Positions 18,329 to 27,059 of a stretch of 43,037 bases of DNA are shown piece by piece. The position numbers and the translations under genes are program-made. Source of the stretch: Thermoplasmata archaeon (GTDB lineage Archaea; Thermoplasmatota; Thermoplasmata; Lutacidiplasmatales; UBA184); assembly GCA_030037855.1 (NCBI GenBank), contig JASHPY010000082.1, positions 1-43,037 on the forward strand. Reading direction: 5' to 3'. Numbering within the stretch: the stretch's first letter is position 1; each line of letters starts with the position of its first letter. The notes below the pieces were generated by a model that searched no databases, had not been told where the DNA came from, and was given only the letters and a program-made list of their open reading frames with translations.

Positions 18329-19060
18329 ATGACGACCCCCTCCGCCGTCCAGGTCCGTGCGATCGACCAAAAGGGGGCCGGCCGGCTCGGCATCGGCGCG
18401 GGGCTCGGGTTCGCCGGGGCGGTCGCCGCCATCGTGGTTCCCCTCCTGTTCCTGTACATCTCGGCGGAGTATCCGGGGGGCTTCTTCCGGCTCAACTCGA
18501 TGATGGTCGAGGTCTCGAGCGTCCTCGTCCTCGCCGGAGCGATCCTCCTCCTCCTCTCGCTGTTCTTCTACCGGCGGAGCTTTGCCGCGCTGCGCAAGGT
18601 CGACCCCCGGTTCTACGTCGCGTCGGTGCTGTGCATCCTCGGTTCGGTCGGCTTCCTGCTCCTCCTGGTCGCCGCGGTGGTCGTTGCCGGCAACACGTCG
18701 AGCCTCCTCTCGTGCGTCGCGGGCCACCCCAGCCACGCGCTCTCCTGCCTCGAGTCCGGTCAGCCGCTCGGGGCGGTGACCGCGATCGTGGGATTCCTCT
18801 TGGGGTGGATCGGTGGGCTCGGGATCATGATCGGCCTCTTTGTCGCGGGCAACCGGTTCCGCTCCGGCGCGCTCACGGGAGGCGCGGCCCTCTACGGGCT
18901 CCTCCTGCTACTGCTTCTCGTGCCGCTCGCGTCGCTCTTCGTCGCGGTCCCGGGGGTCGCGTACCTCGTGATCCTGTCGCCGGTGTTCGCGCTCCTCGGA
19001 CCGGGCCTCGCGCTCGCGGGAAGCGTCCGGGCCGGGGATCAGCTCGCGTCCGCCGCATAG
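18329..19060 (+). CDS. Polytopic membrane protein (possibly DUF973-like)
   Basis: About 6 TM; YRRSFAALRKVDPRF loop; Cys pair in one loop. Confidence 0.7.
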   Translation: MTTPSAVQVRAIDQKGAGRLGIGAGLGFAGAVAAIVVPLLFLYISAEYPGGFFRLNSMMVEVSSVLVLAGAILLLLSLFFYRRSFAALRKVDPRFYVASVLCILGSVGFLLLLVAAVVVAGNTSSLLSCVAGHPSHALSCLESGQPLGAVTAIVGFLLGWIGGLGIMIGLFVAGNRFRSGALTGGAALYGLLLLLLLVPLASLFVAVPGVAYLVILSPVFALLGPGLALAGSVRAGDQLASAA

Positions 19061-19085
19061 ACCGAGCGGTCCGCGCGGGACCGAC

Positions 19086-19538
19086 TCACTTTCGTACGAC
19101 GACCTGGACCTCGGTACGGGCCCAGGCGCTCGGGTTCCTCCACGGGTCGCGCGCGTAGAGCTCCCGATACGACCCGACCGAGCGGATCGTCTTGTCCCGC
19201 CGCCGCCAGCGGAGCCAGTCGTTGACGCCGTGGTAGACGACGGACGGCGACACGACGTTGGGGTCGAAGACGACGCTCGCGACCGAGCAGGCGGGCAGCG
19301 TGCGGATCCGGATCGGCGACTCGGCGCGGGCGGAGCCGCGGATCTCGATCGAGACCTCCCAGGCGCGCGTACCCGGCTCGCGGAAGATCCAGCGACCGGT
19401 GCGAAGCCCGTGCCGGCGCGCCCACTTCGCGACGCGGTCGAACTGGGCGCGGATCCGGCGTTCGCTCCAGGGGCCCGTCCACGACAGCGAGGCGACCCGG
19501 TAGGCGGGGGACCGCTTGATCTCGAAGTCCACGACCAT
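19086..19538 (-). CDS. GyrI-like small-molecule-binding domain protein
   Basis: RVASLSWTGPW, IRTLPACSVAS, YRELY, TEVQVVV. Confidence 0.8.
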   Translation of the reverse strand: MVVDFEIKRSPAYRVASLSWTGPWSERRIRAQFDRVAKWARRHGLRTGRWIFREPGTRAWEVSIEIRGSARAESPIRIRTLPACSVASVVFDPNVVSPSVVYHGVNDWLRWRRRDKTIRSVGSYRELYARDPWRNPSAWARTEVQVVVRK

Positions 19539-19600
19539 CGCTCGCGCCCGAATTCCCGAAAGCATCACTTGTTGATAGATGACGCGCCGGATGCCGCCGT

Positions 19601-19656
19601 GACCCCGCCGGGCGCCCGGGCTCGCCCCGGGCGGCCGCCGGCGACCGGGCGGGGTC
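19601..19656. terminator. GC-rich stem-loop downstream of htrA
   Basis: gaccccgcc/ggcggggtc outer stem and gcccggg/cccgggc inner stem; no clear U-tract. Confidence 0.3.
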
Positions 19657-19680
19657 GAGCCCCCCCGCCCGGGAAGCGGT

Positions 19681-20643
19681 TCAGTCGGCGGTCGGTGCCG
19701 ACTCGGGATTCTCGGTCAGCGGGACGCGCGTCGAGTACGCGGACCCCTTCCGACGGTAGCCCACGTCCACGTCGGTCCCGACCGGGAAGTTCGAGAGCGC
19801 GCCGACGAGGTCGCGTACGTTCCGGACCTCGGCGGGACCGACCCGCGTGAGGACGTCACCGGGCTTCAGTCCCGCCTGATGCGCGGGCGAGCGCGGGGTG
19901 ACCTCTCCCACGAGGAGGCCGGAACCGACCTCGAGGCCGTAGCGCAGGGCGACCTCGGGTCGGAGCTCCGCGACCGTGACCCCCATCCACGGGCGCACGA
20001 CCCGGCCCTTCGAACGCAGTTCGTCGGAGATCCGCTGCACCGCGTGGATCGGGATCGCGAACCCGACCCCCTGGGCGAACGGTACCATCGCGGTGTTCAC
20101 TCCGACCACCTGGCCCGAGAGATCGACGAGCGGTCCGCCGCTGTTCCCCGGGTTGATCGCCGCGTCGGTCTGGATCAGCCCTTCGAAGACGAAGTCGGAC
20201 CCCGGGAGCGGCCGCCCGAGCGCGCTCACGACACCGGTCGACACGGTCGGGCCCCCCGGGAGTCCGAGGGCGTTCCCGATCGCGAGTACGATCTGCCCGA
20301 CCCGGAGCTCTTCCGATCGGCCGAGACGAGCGGAGGGAAGGCCGTCGGCATCGACCTTCACGAGCGCGAGGTCGGTGACCGGGTCACCGCCCACGACCTC
20401 GCCGGAGAGCTCGCGTCCGTCCGCGAGCTGCACGCGCAGCTGGGCCGCGCCGTCGACGACGTGCTGGTTCGTCACGAGGTAGCCGGCGGGGTCGATCACG
20501 AACGCGCTCGCCTGGGACTGAGCGCCGAACGGGCCGCCCCATCCCCGCCGCCGGACGAGGCGCAGGCTCTCGACCGACGCCACGCCGGGGCCGACCGAGT
20601 CGACCGCCGACGTGATCCGGGTCTCGAGTTCGGTCAGCGTCAT
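19681..20643 (-). CDS. htrA: HtrA/DegP-like trypsin serine protease with one PDZ domain, no signal peptide
   Basis: TNQHVV (His), DLALVK (Asp), QTDAAINPGNSGGPL (Ser); PDZ PWMGV...SPAHQAGLKPGDV. Confidence 0.92.
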   Translation of the reverse strand: MTLTELETRITSAVDSVGPGVASVESLRLVRRRGWGGPFGAQSQASAFVIDPAGYLVTNQHVVDGAAQLRVQLADGRELSGEVVGGDPVTDLALVKVDADGLPSARLGRSEELRVGQIVLAIGNALGLPGGPTVSTGVVSALGRPLPGSDFVFEGLIQTDAAINPGNSGGPLVDLSGQVVGVNTAMVPFAQGVGFAIPIHAVQRISDELRSKGRVVRPWMGVTVAELRPEVALRYGLEVGSGLLVGEVTPRSPAHQAGLKPGDVLTRVGPAEVRNVRDLVGALSNFPVGTDVDVGYRRKGSAYSTRVPLTENPESAPTAD

Positions 20644-20745
20644 CGTCGGCTCACGCGCGACGCGGCGGCCACGGCAGGCTCGGCTCAGGTCCGACCGGTG
20701 GGGACGCGGGGATCGGCGCCGCAGACCAACGGGAGAACATCGTCC

Positions 20746-21006
20746 TCACTCCTCGAGGAGATCGCCGAGCTTCGCGTAGAGTCGCTCGAGCTCCTTCTCC
20801 TTCTTCCGTCCGCCTTCCCATCGGGCGTTCACGATCTCGACCAGCGCGTCCGCGACCTTGTCGAGCCAGGGACCCTCCTGCGCGTCGAACCGCTTCTTGA
20901 GCTTCTCGCGCAGGAGCTCGTTGTGCGCCCGATACGCGGTCCAGACCCAGGGACCGTACTGCGTTCGGCCCTCGCCTCCGTCTCCGTCACCACTCCCGTG
21001 CGTCAT
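20746..21006 (-). CDS. Small alpha-helical hypothetical protein (86 aa)
   Basis: ELLREKLKKRFDAQEGPWLDKVADALVEIVNARW; GGAG RBS; upstream of htrA. Confidence 0.75.
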   Translation of the reverse strand: MTHGSGDGDGGEGRTQYGPWVWTAYRAHNELLREKLKKRFDAQEGPWLDKVADALVEIVNARWEGGRKKEKELERLYAKLGDLLEE

Positions 21007-21174
21007 CGTTGCTACTCCGGAACGTTGGCCGTTCCGACCCCAGTACCGCGGGGCCGAGGATATTGAGCGGGTCGCGCCGGGGTCGGTCACAGGGGAGTTC
21101 GCGCGACGGCCGGGAGAATCAGGTGGCGAGCCCGTTAGCGACGCGTTAAATCTCGGCCGGCCGGTTTTCGGTCG

Positions 21175-21780
21175 ATGGACCGCGACCGGGAGGAGAGCGC
21201 GTTCGAGAGCTCGGGACGGCTCGACGACCGGGTGCTCACCGCTCTCGAAGAGTTCCACGGCCGCATCGCGTTCAGCGGACTGCGGCGGGCGCTCCGCGCC
21301 CATCCCGAGTCGCTCTCGCGCGCGCTCCATCGGCTCGAACGGGAGGGGCTCGTCGAGCGGGCTGAGGGCGGCTACCGCGCGCTCGCGCGGGATCCGAAAC
21401 TCGACCCGGCGAACGGGGCCCGACTTCGTCCGATCGCCCACGTTCGGGTCCCGCTCGGTGCGACCCCCGAATCGGTCCTGGGTCGGCTCGCGGGGCGGTG
21501 GTTCGGCAGCCTGCGCTGGGTCGGACGGATCGACCGCCCGTCGCAGCGACTGCTCGCCTGGGCGCGGCGGGACGGGACGGGGCTCGTGCTGCTCGGGATC
21601 CACGGCGGGAGCCTGCGGGTCTACGTGCCGGACGAGCCGGGGGCCGCCGACCTCACGGAAGCGGAGGACGCCGCCTACGAGCTCTTGGGTCATGCGGTCG
21701 AAGCGATGCGACCGCCGCCGGGGGACGGTTCGACCGTCTTCCTCGGACCGGAACCGGCGCGCGCGTCGTTCGAAAACTAA
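21175..21780 (+). CDS. Winged-helix transcriptional regulator with C-terminal alpha/beta domain
   Basis: IAFSGLRRALRAHPESLSRALHRLEREGLVERAEGGY; TTAAAT at 21146-21151. Confidence 0.8.
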   Translation: MDRDREESAFESSGRLDDRVLTALEEFHGRIAFSGLRRALRAHPESLSRALHRLEREGLVERAEGGYRALARDPKLDPANGARLRPIAHVRVPLGATPESVLGRLAGRWFGSLRWVGRIDRPSQRLLAWARRDGTGLVLLGIHGGSLRVYVPDEPGAADLTEAEDAAYELLGHAVEAMRPPPGDGSTVFLGPEPARASFEN

Positions 21781-21796
21781 CGCTGGCGGCCGGGCC

Positions 21797-22294
21797 TCAG
21801 AGCGCGGCCCCGCACGACGGGCATCGGCCGTCGACCTCGTTGCCGAGGGTGCCGCAGTAGCGGCAGCGCACCTTCACGACCTGTCGCTCGAACGTGTACG
21901 TCGCGACCGGCCCGGCGGCGGGCGGCGGCGGCATCGAATGCTTGGCGGTCGCGATCGCGGCGGTCCACGCCTCGGGGTCGAGCACGTCGAACGCGGGCCG
22001 TCCGGCGGTGAGCTCGACCTGCAGGCGGGCCCGGCCGAGTCGGCCCTGCCGGACGAACACGTTGCGCACGTGGGTCAGCGGCGCCTCCATCACCGTCACC
22101 GTGTCGCGTCCCCGCACGATGCCGCGGACGAATCCGCCCGAGACGGACGACTCGAAGAGGAGGCGGTGCGTCGTCAGGTAGAGCACGCCGGCGCCGCGAT
22201 AGGATTCGGGACCGTACCCCTCGATCACGGCGTACGAGCTCCGAAGTTTGCTTTCCCCGGGGTGCAGGAGCATCGGCCGGACCAAGCGGGGCAT
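21797..22294 (-). CDS. PH/GRAM-like domain protein with C-terminal zinc ribbon
   Basis: GVLYLTTHRLLF; terminal CRYCG...CPSCGA. Confidence 0.7.
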   Translation of the reverse strand: MPRLVRPMLLHPGESKLRSSYAVIEGYGPESYRGAGVLYLTTHRLLFESSVSGGFVRGIVRGRDTVTVMEAPLTHVRNVFVRQGRLGRARLQVELTAGRPAFDVLDPEAWTAAIATAKHSMPPPPAAGPVATYTFERQVVKVRCRYCGTLGNEVDGRCPSCGAAL

Positions 22295-22339
22295 CCCGCG
22301 GAGCGGATATGAGCGTGGTCCGGGCCTGCCACCGCCGGT

Positions 22340-23080
22340 CTACGCCGAGCGGGCTCGACGCAGCGCCGCGCGCAGCGCTCCCGAGGAACGCTCGATCGCC
22401 ACCGTGAGCGCGCGCGGCGCGAGCCGCGTCGCGTGCCGCCGGAGGAACCGCTCGGTCCGGACCGGGTCCTGCTTCCCGCACTCGCGAAGCCACGTGCCGA
22501 CCGCCCGCTGCACCCAGGGCTCGGGGTCGGCCACGAGGCGCTCGAGGAGTCGGAACGGCCGGTCGAGGTCCCCCGCGAGGACGAGGTCGTGCAGGGCGTA
22601 GACCGAGGCCCGGCGCCGCCAGGGGTCCGAGGAGCCCGCCCAGCGGAGCATCTCGGGAAATCGGCCGACCCCTCGCGAGAGCATTCCGGCGACCGGGCCG
22701 GCCGCGAGGCTGTCGCTCAGCGCCCAGCCGCTCGCCTCCGGCACCCAGCGGTCCGCGAGTTCCCAGGTGGTGCGGTCCTGCGCTTCCTCGTACCGATCGA
22801 GGAGCTCGATCGCCACCAGGCGTTCGTCGTACGTTCCCGCGGCCCAGAGCGCGCGGAGGAGCGGGAGCAGCGCCGGCGCGATGCGCGGCCCGGTCCGACG
22901 GCGGAAACCGCGGACGATCCGATGCACCTCGGGGACCGCGACCGCGAGCGTCGGGAGCGGCGAACCAAGATACCGTCGCATCTCGGCCGCCATCGACGGC
23001 CGCGCGACGGACCTGAGCTCGCGCCGGATCCCGCGGAGTTCGGCGGCCAGGGACGCCGGGCGCGGCCGGCCCGGCGTCAC
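22340..23080 (-). CDS. DNA alkylation repair protein (AlkD-like HEAT repeat)
   Basis: YDERL, WALSDSL, PWRRRAS, WVQRAVGTWLRE; GTG overlaps the upstream stop. Confidence 0.85.
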   Translation of the reverse strand: MTPGRPRPASLAAELRGIRRELRSVARPSMAAEMRRYLGSPLPTLAVAVPEVHRIVRGFRRRTGPRIAPALLPLLRALWAAGTYDERLVAIELLDRYEEAQDRTTWELADRWVPEASGWALSDSLAAGPVAGMLSRGVGRFPEMLRWAGSSDPWRRRASVYALHDLVLAGDLDRPFRLLERLVADPEPWVQRAVGTWLRECGKQDPVRTERFLRRHATRLAPRALTVAIERSSGALRAALRRARSA

Positions 23081-24813
23081 CAGCCGGCTCGCTCGCCCCG
23101 GTTCTGCTCGTCCAACCAGCGACGGAGCGGCTCGAAGTACTCGAGGAGCCCGCTCGCATCCATCCGGCGCTCCCCGGTGAGCGCCTCGAGCGCGTCGGGC
23201 CACTCCCGGCTCTGCCCCAGCTCGAGCATCGTTCGCAGCCGCGCACCGGCCTCGTGCGAGCCGTAGATCGACGCGGCGTGGAGCGGTCCCGCGACCCCGG
23301 CGGCCCGCACGAGCGCGCGGTGGAACTGGAACTGGAGGATGTGCGCGAGGAAGTAGCGCATGTATGGGACGTTCGAGGGAACGTGGTATTTCGCCCCCGG
23401 GTCGAACTCGGCCTCCCCCCGCTCGCCGGGCGGCGTGATCCCCTGGTACTCCCGGACCGTCTCCCACCACGTCCGGTTGTACTCGGCCGGACCGATCTCT
23501 CCCGAGAAGACGCGCCAGCGCCAGCGGTCGACCGCGAATCCGAACGGGAGGAACGCGATCTTCTCGAGCGCGCGCTGGAGCAGGAGGCCGGTCGCGTCCG
23601 GGAACCGGTCGTCCGCGGCGGCGAGGCCGATGCGGGTGAGGTACTCCGGAGTGATCGAGAGCGCGACCGCGTCGCCGACGGCCTCGTGGAAGCCGTCGTG
23701 GGCGCTCTCCCGGAAGAGGAACGGTTGGCGCGCGTACGCCCGCTGGTAATAGTTGTGCCCGAGCTCGTGGTGGATCACCTGGAAGTCCTCCGCGGTGATC
23801 TCGATGCACATCTTGATTCGGATGTCGTCCGCGAAGTCGATGTCCCACGCGCTCGCGTGGCAGACGACCTCGCGGTCCCGGGGTCGGGAGAGCATCGAGC
23901 GCTCCCAGAACGAGGCGGGGAGCGGGTCGAGCCCGATCGACACGAAGAATCGCTCGGCGTAACGGACCATCTCCTCGGGCGTGGTCTTTCGGCCAACCAG
24001 CGCGTTCGTGAGGTCGAACTCGCTCGGAGCTCCCGGCGGCGCGAGGATCGGATAGAGCCCGTTCCACGACTGGGCCCACATGTTGCCGAGCAGGTGCGCG
24101 GGGATCGGGCCCTCGGCCGGCACGACCGCTTCCCCGTACGTCGCCCGGAGCCGCTTCCGCACGTACGTGTGGAGGGACCGGTAGAGCGGGCGGACCTGCT
24201 CCCAGAGGCGTTCGACCTCGGAGGAGAACGCGTCCGGCGGCATGTCGTACTTCGACCGCCACATCGCGCCCGTGTCGGTGAATCCGAGCTCCCGGGAGCC
24301 TCGGTTGGCGAGCTCGACGTACCGCGTGAACGCCGGACGGATCCCCCGCCCGACCCGGTACCACCCGGTCCAGGCATCCTCGAGGGTCGCGGGGTCGCGA
24401 CTCTCCCGAAGGATCCGCGAGAGCGCCTGAAGGTCGACCGGCTCGGTGGCGCCGAGCGGGGTGTGTCGGCCCTTGGAGTAGGCGCTCTGCATCGCCGCGA
24501 CCAGCGACGTGAGCTCCTCCGACTCGCTCGGGTCGGAGGGGGCGATCAGGGGGAGGGCGAGGCGCAGGAGGGCGAGCTTGCGTTTCTCCTCCGGAGACGA
24601 ACGGACCCCGGGGAACCGCGTCGATTCCTTCGCGAGCTCCACGGTCGAGCCGATCAGTCGCGCGTTCGCCCGCGACGCGAGCGACTCGCTGTCCGGGGAG
24701 ATGTACGTCGAGTAGACCCAGTCGGCCCGCTGCGCTTCGCGCGACAGTTCGAGCAGGCGGGACTCGACCTGATGGAGAAAGGCACCGACTCCGGACGACA
24801 GTCCCTCGTTCAC
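23077..24813 (-). CDS. M2 family metallopeptidase (ACE-like peptidyl-dipeptidase)
   Basis: HLLGNMWAQSW, CHASAWD, HHELGH, GFHEAVGD, DPGAKYHVPSNVPYMRYF. Confidence 0.95.
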   Translation of the reverse strand: MNEGLSSGVGAFLHQVESRLLELSREAQRADWVYSTYISPDSESLASRANARLIGSTVELAKESTRFPGVRSSPEEKRKLALLRLALPLIAPSDPSESEELTSLVAAMQSAYSKGRHTPLGATEPVDLQALSRILRESRDPATLEDAWTGWYRVGRGIRPAFTRYVELANRGSRELGFTDTGAMWRSKYDMPPDAFSSEVERLWEQVRPLYRSLHTYVRKRLRATYGEAVVPAEGPIPAHLLGNMWAQSWNGLYPILAPPGAPSEFDLTNALVGRKTTPEEMVRYAERFFVSIGLDPLPASFWERSMLSRPRDREVVCHASAWDIDFADDIRIKMCIEITAEDFQVIHHELGHNYYQRAYARQPFLFRESAHDGFHEAVGDAVALSITPEYLTRIGLAAADDRFPDATGLLLQRALEKIAFLPFGFAVDRWRWRVFSGEIGPAEYNRTWWETVREYQGITPPGERGEAEFDPGAKYHVPSNVPYMRYFLAHILQFQFHRALVRAAGVAGPLHAASIYGSHEAGARLRTMLELGQSREWPDALEALTGERRMDASGLLEYFEPLRRWLDEQNRGERAGW

Positions 24814-24962
24814 TCCGATCCCGCGGCGCACCCGAGGGTCGGGCCCTTTATGAAGGGAGGCGACCCACGCTCGCGATCGCCGCCCCGGTCAGCGGGATGT
24901 CCGCCACGGCGCCCTCTCGGAGCCCCGGCCCGGACCCCCCCGCTTCCACTCGAGGCCCCGGA

Positions 24963-24970
24963 TTTATGTA
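24963..24970 (+). promoter_or_regulatory. TATA box (TTTATGTA) for two micro-ORFs
   Basis: About 30 nt upstream of GTG 25001. Confidence 0.5.
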
Positions 24971-25000
24971 TGACGGGCGTCTGACACAGTTCGAGAGAAC

Positions 25001-25162
25001 GTGTCGGACACCCCCGATACCCGCGATCTCCTCGCCGCCGCCCCCCTCGGAAGCTGGGGGGTCGATGCGGCGCGCTACCCTCTCGCGGTGCTCCCGTGCA
25101 TGGGACTCCGCTACGATCGCTACGGATTCCCGAGCTACCCCGGCGGGACCGAGGACGAATGA
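25001..25162 (+). CDS. Small hypothetical protein (53 aa)
   Basis: Own translation: MSDTPDTRDLLAAAPLGSWGVDAARYPLAVLPCMGLRYDRYGFPSYPGGTEDE*; ATGA overlap with next ORF. Confidence 0.5.
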   Translation: MSDTPDTRDLLAAAPLGSWGVDAARYPLAVLPCMGLRYDRYGFPSYPGGTEDE

Positions 25163-25386
25163 GCGGAGCGTTCCGCAAGGTGCCGCCCCCGGTGGCCGAG
25201 TCGCCTCTCGGCGCTCCCGCGACCGAGCCGAAGATGTTCCTCGGCCAAGCGACGCCCCGCGGCTACGGCGTCCGGCCGAAGCTCTCCCCGGAAGCCGCCG
25301 CGGCGTTCGCCACCTACGTGGACTCCGCCCGCGCCCGGGCCGCGGTCGAGGGACGAACGCTCGTCTACACCGTGCGCTGGGGCTAG
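25159..25386 (+). CDS. Small hypothetical protein (75 aa)
   Basis: GAGG RBS, ATGA coupling; stop overlaps the rnhA stop (CTAG). Confidence 0.55.
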   Translation: MSGAFRKVPPPVAESPLGAPATEPKMFLGQATPRGYGVRPKLSPEAAAAFATYVDSARARAAVEGRTLVYTVRWG

Positions 25387-25922
25387 TCCGGCCCCTCCGA
25401 GTCCGGCGCGTCGTCGGATTCCGGTTCTACCCGAGCTCCCCGCGACCGGGCCGCGGTCGGGCGGTACGCCTCGAGCGCGAGCTTCGAGAGCGCGTCCGCC
25501 CGGCGGTTCTCCTCGCGTCGGACCCATCGCCACTCGACCGAGGAGAACTCCTTCGCGAGGCGAACGAGCCACTCGTGGTACGCCTTGAGGTGCTCGGTCC
25601 GGACCTCGTACTCCCCTCGCATCTGACGCACGACGAGCTGACTGTCGCCGGAGGCGACCACCGACCCGCGATAGCCGCGCTCGCGCAGCCACTCGAGCGC
25701 CCGGATCGCGGCGACGTACTCCGCGACGTTGTTCGTCGAATGCTCGGAGTACGGCCGCGTGGCGAGCCCGTACTCCTCGGCGTCGTATCCGCCCCCTTCG
25801 ACCGTGAAACCGAACGTCGCGACGCCCGGTCCCTTCGGGGGCTGGCACGCCCCGTCGAAGTGGACGTGGACGCCGTCGGTGCCGTAGGACGCGACGCCCC
25901 GCGGTAGCTCCTCGTCGTGCAT
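25383..25922 (-). CDS. rnhA: Ribonuclease HI
   Basis: HFDGA, TNNVAEY, GDSQLV, WVRREENRRADAL. Confidence 0.92.
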   Translation of the reverse strand: MHDEELPRGVASYGTDGVHVHFDGACQPPKGPGVATFGFTVEGGGYDAEEYGLATRPYSEHSTNNVAEYVAAIRALEWLRERGYRGSVVASGDSQLVVRQMRGEYEVRTEHLKAYHEWLVRLAKEFSSVEWRWVRREENRRADALSKLALEAYRPTAARSRGARVEPESDDAPDSEGPD

Positions 25923-25931
25923 TCGGCCTCG

Positions 25932-26435
25932 TTACGCCCTCCGGCCGACGGCGGGGCCGGTGCGCGGAGGGAGGTGCGGACAGTTGCAGAACGGCTCGGC
26001 TCGCGCGCAGGCCGGGCACGTCGCCCGGTCGAGCACGATCCCCAGCGGACGGCCGCAGCTGCGGCATTCACGGGCGCGAGCGCACCGGGGGCACTGCGCG
26101 AGGTCCGGTGCGATGACCGAGCCGCAGTACCGGCAGGCCACGGCCTCTCTCGGGTGGTACGCCAGGCGGGCCGGCGGAGCCGGAGCTCGGCGGACGCGGT
26201 CCGCCCGCACGAGGTCGACGTCCGGGTTACCGAGCGCCCCCCCGATCGTCGTGACCCGGGGGTCGCTCGAGATCGATCCGATGAGCACGACCGCGAGCGC
26301 CGGGGCGATGAAGTAGAGGCCGACCTCCTGCACGAGGTCGAACTCCTCGTGACCGGTGACCGCGATCGGAAACGAGATCATCGCGAGCGCGAGAACGAAG
26401 ATCCCGCCGCCGATCCCAATGATCGAACGATTCAC
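25932..26435 (-). CDS. 2-TM membrane protein with multi-CxxC (double zinc ribbon) tail
   Basis: Two TM, then CRYC, CPRC, CRSC, CPAC, CNC. Confidence 0.75.
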   Translation of the reverse strand: MNRSIIGIGGGIFVLALAMISFPIAVTGHEEFDLVQEVGLYFIAPALAVVLIGSISSDPRVTTIGGALGNPDVDLVRADRVRRAPAPPARLAYHPREAVACRYCGSVIAPDLAQCPRCARARECRSCGRPLGIVLDRATCPACARAEPFCNCPHLPPRTGPAVGRRA

Positions 26436-26579
26436 CGACGGGCCCCGCGGAGCGGTCCCCGAGCTCCGCGCTCCCGGTTGAGCGAGAAAGCCAGATAAAT
26501 CCGCTCTCGGGTCGGGTGCCGGTCCGAGCGTCCGAGCTCGTGCCGCGCGCCTTTTAGCCCGGAGCGGGGTCGGGCGGCC

Positions 26580-27050
26580 ATGGCCAATCCGACAGCGACG
26601 CTGCGCACGACCCTCGGCGACATCCGCATCGAGCTCTTTCGCGATCGCGCGCCGAAGACCGTGGAGAACTTCGTGACGCTCGTCCACAAGCGGTTCTACG
26701 ACGGCACGATGTTCCACCGCGTGATCCCCGGCTTCATGATCCAGGGTGGGGACCCGAAGGGCAACGGGACCGGGGGACCCGGCTACACGATCCCGGACGA
26801 GTTCGAGCCGACGCTGCGGCATGACGGGCCCGGGGTGCTCTCGATGGCGAACGCCGGACCGAACACGGGCGGGAGCCAGTTCTTCATCACGCTCGCGAAG
26901 ACCTCGTGGCTCGACGGGAAGCACGCGGTGTTCGGACGGGTCCGGGGGGGCCAGGACGTGGTCGAGAAAATCGCCGCGGTCCCCCGGGACTCGGGCGACC
27001 GACCAAAGACTCCCGTGCGGATCGTCGAGGCGACCGTTCAGGGCGCCTAA
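26580..27050 (+). CDS. Cyclophilin-type peptidyl-prolyl cis-trans isomerase
   Basis: [47 protein letters not shown]. Confidence 0.96.
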   Translation: MANPTATLRTTLGDIRIELFRDRAPKTVENFVTLVHKRFYDGTMFHRVIPGFMIQGGDPKGNGTGGPGYTIPDEFEPTLRHDGPGVLSMANAGPNTGGSQFFITLAKTSWLDGKHAVFGRVRGGQDVVEKIAAVPRDSGDRPKTPVRIVEATVQGA

Positions 27051-27059
27051 GACCGAGCG

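Noticed and set aside
22340-24364. 674-aa ORF suggesting a long AlkD fusion
   Set aside because: The upstream part is an off-frame shadow of the M2 peptidase; the AlkD-like protein starts near 23080.
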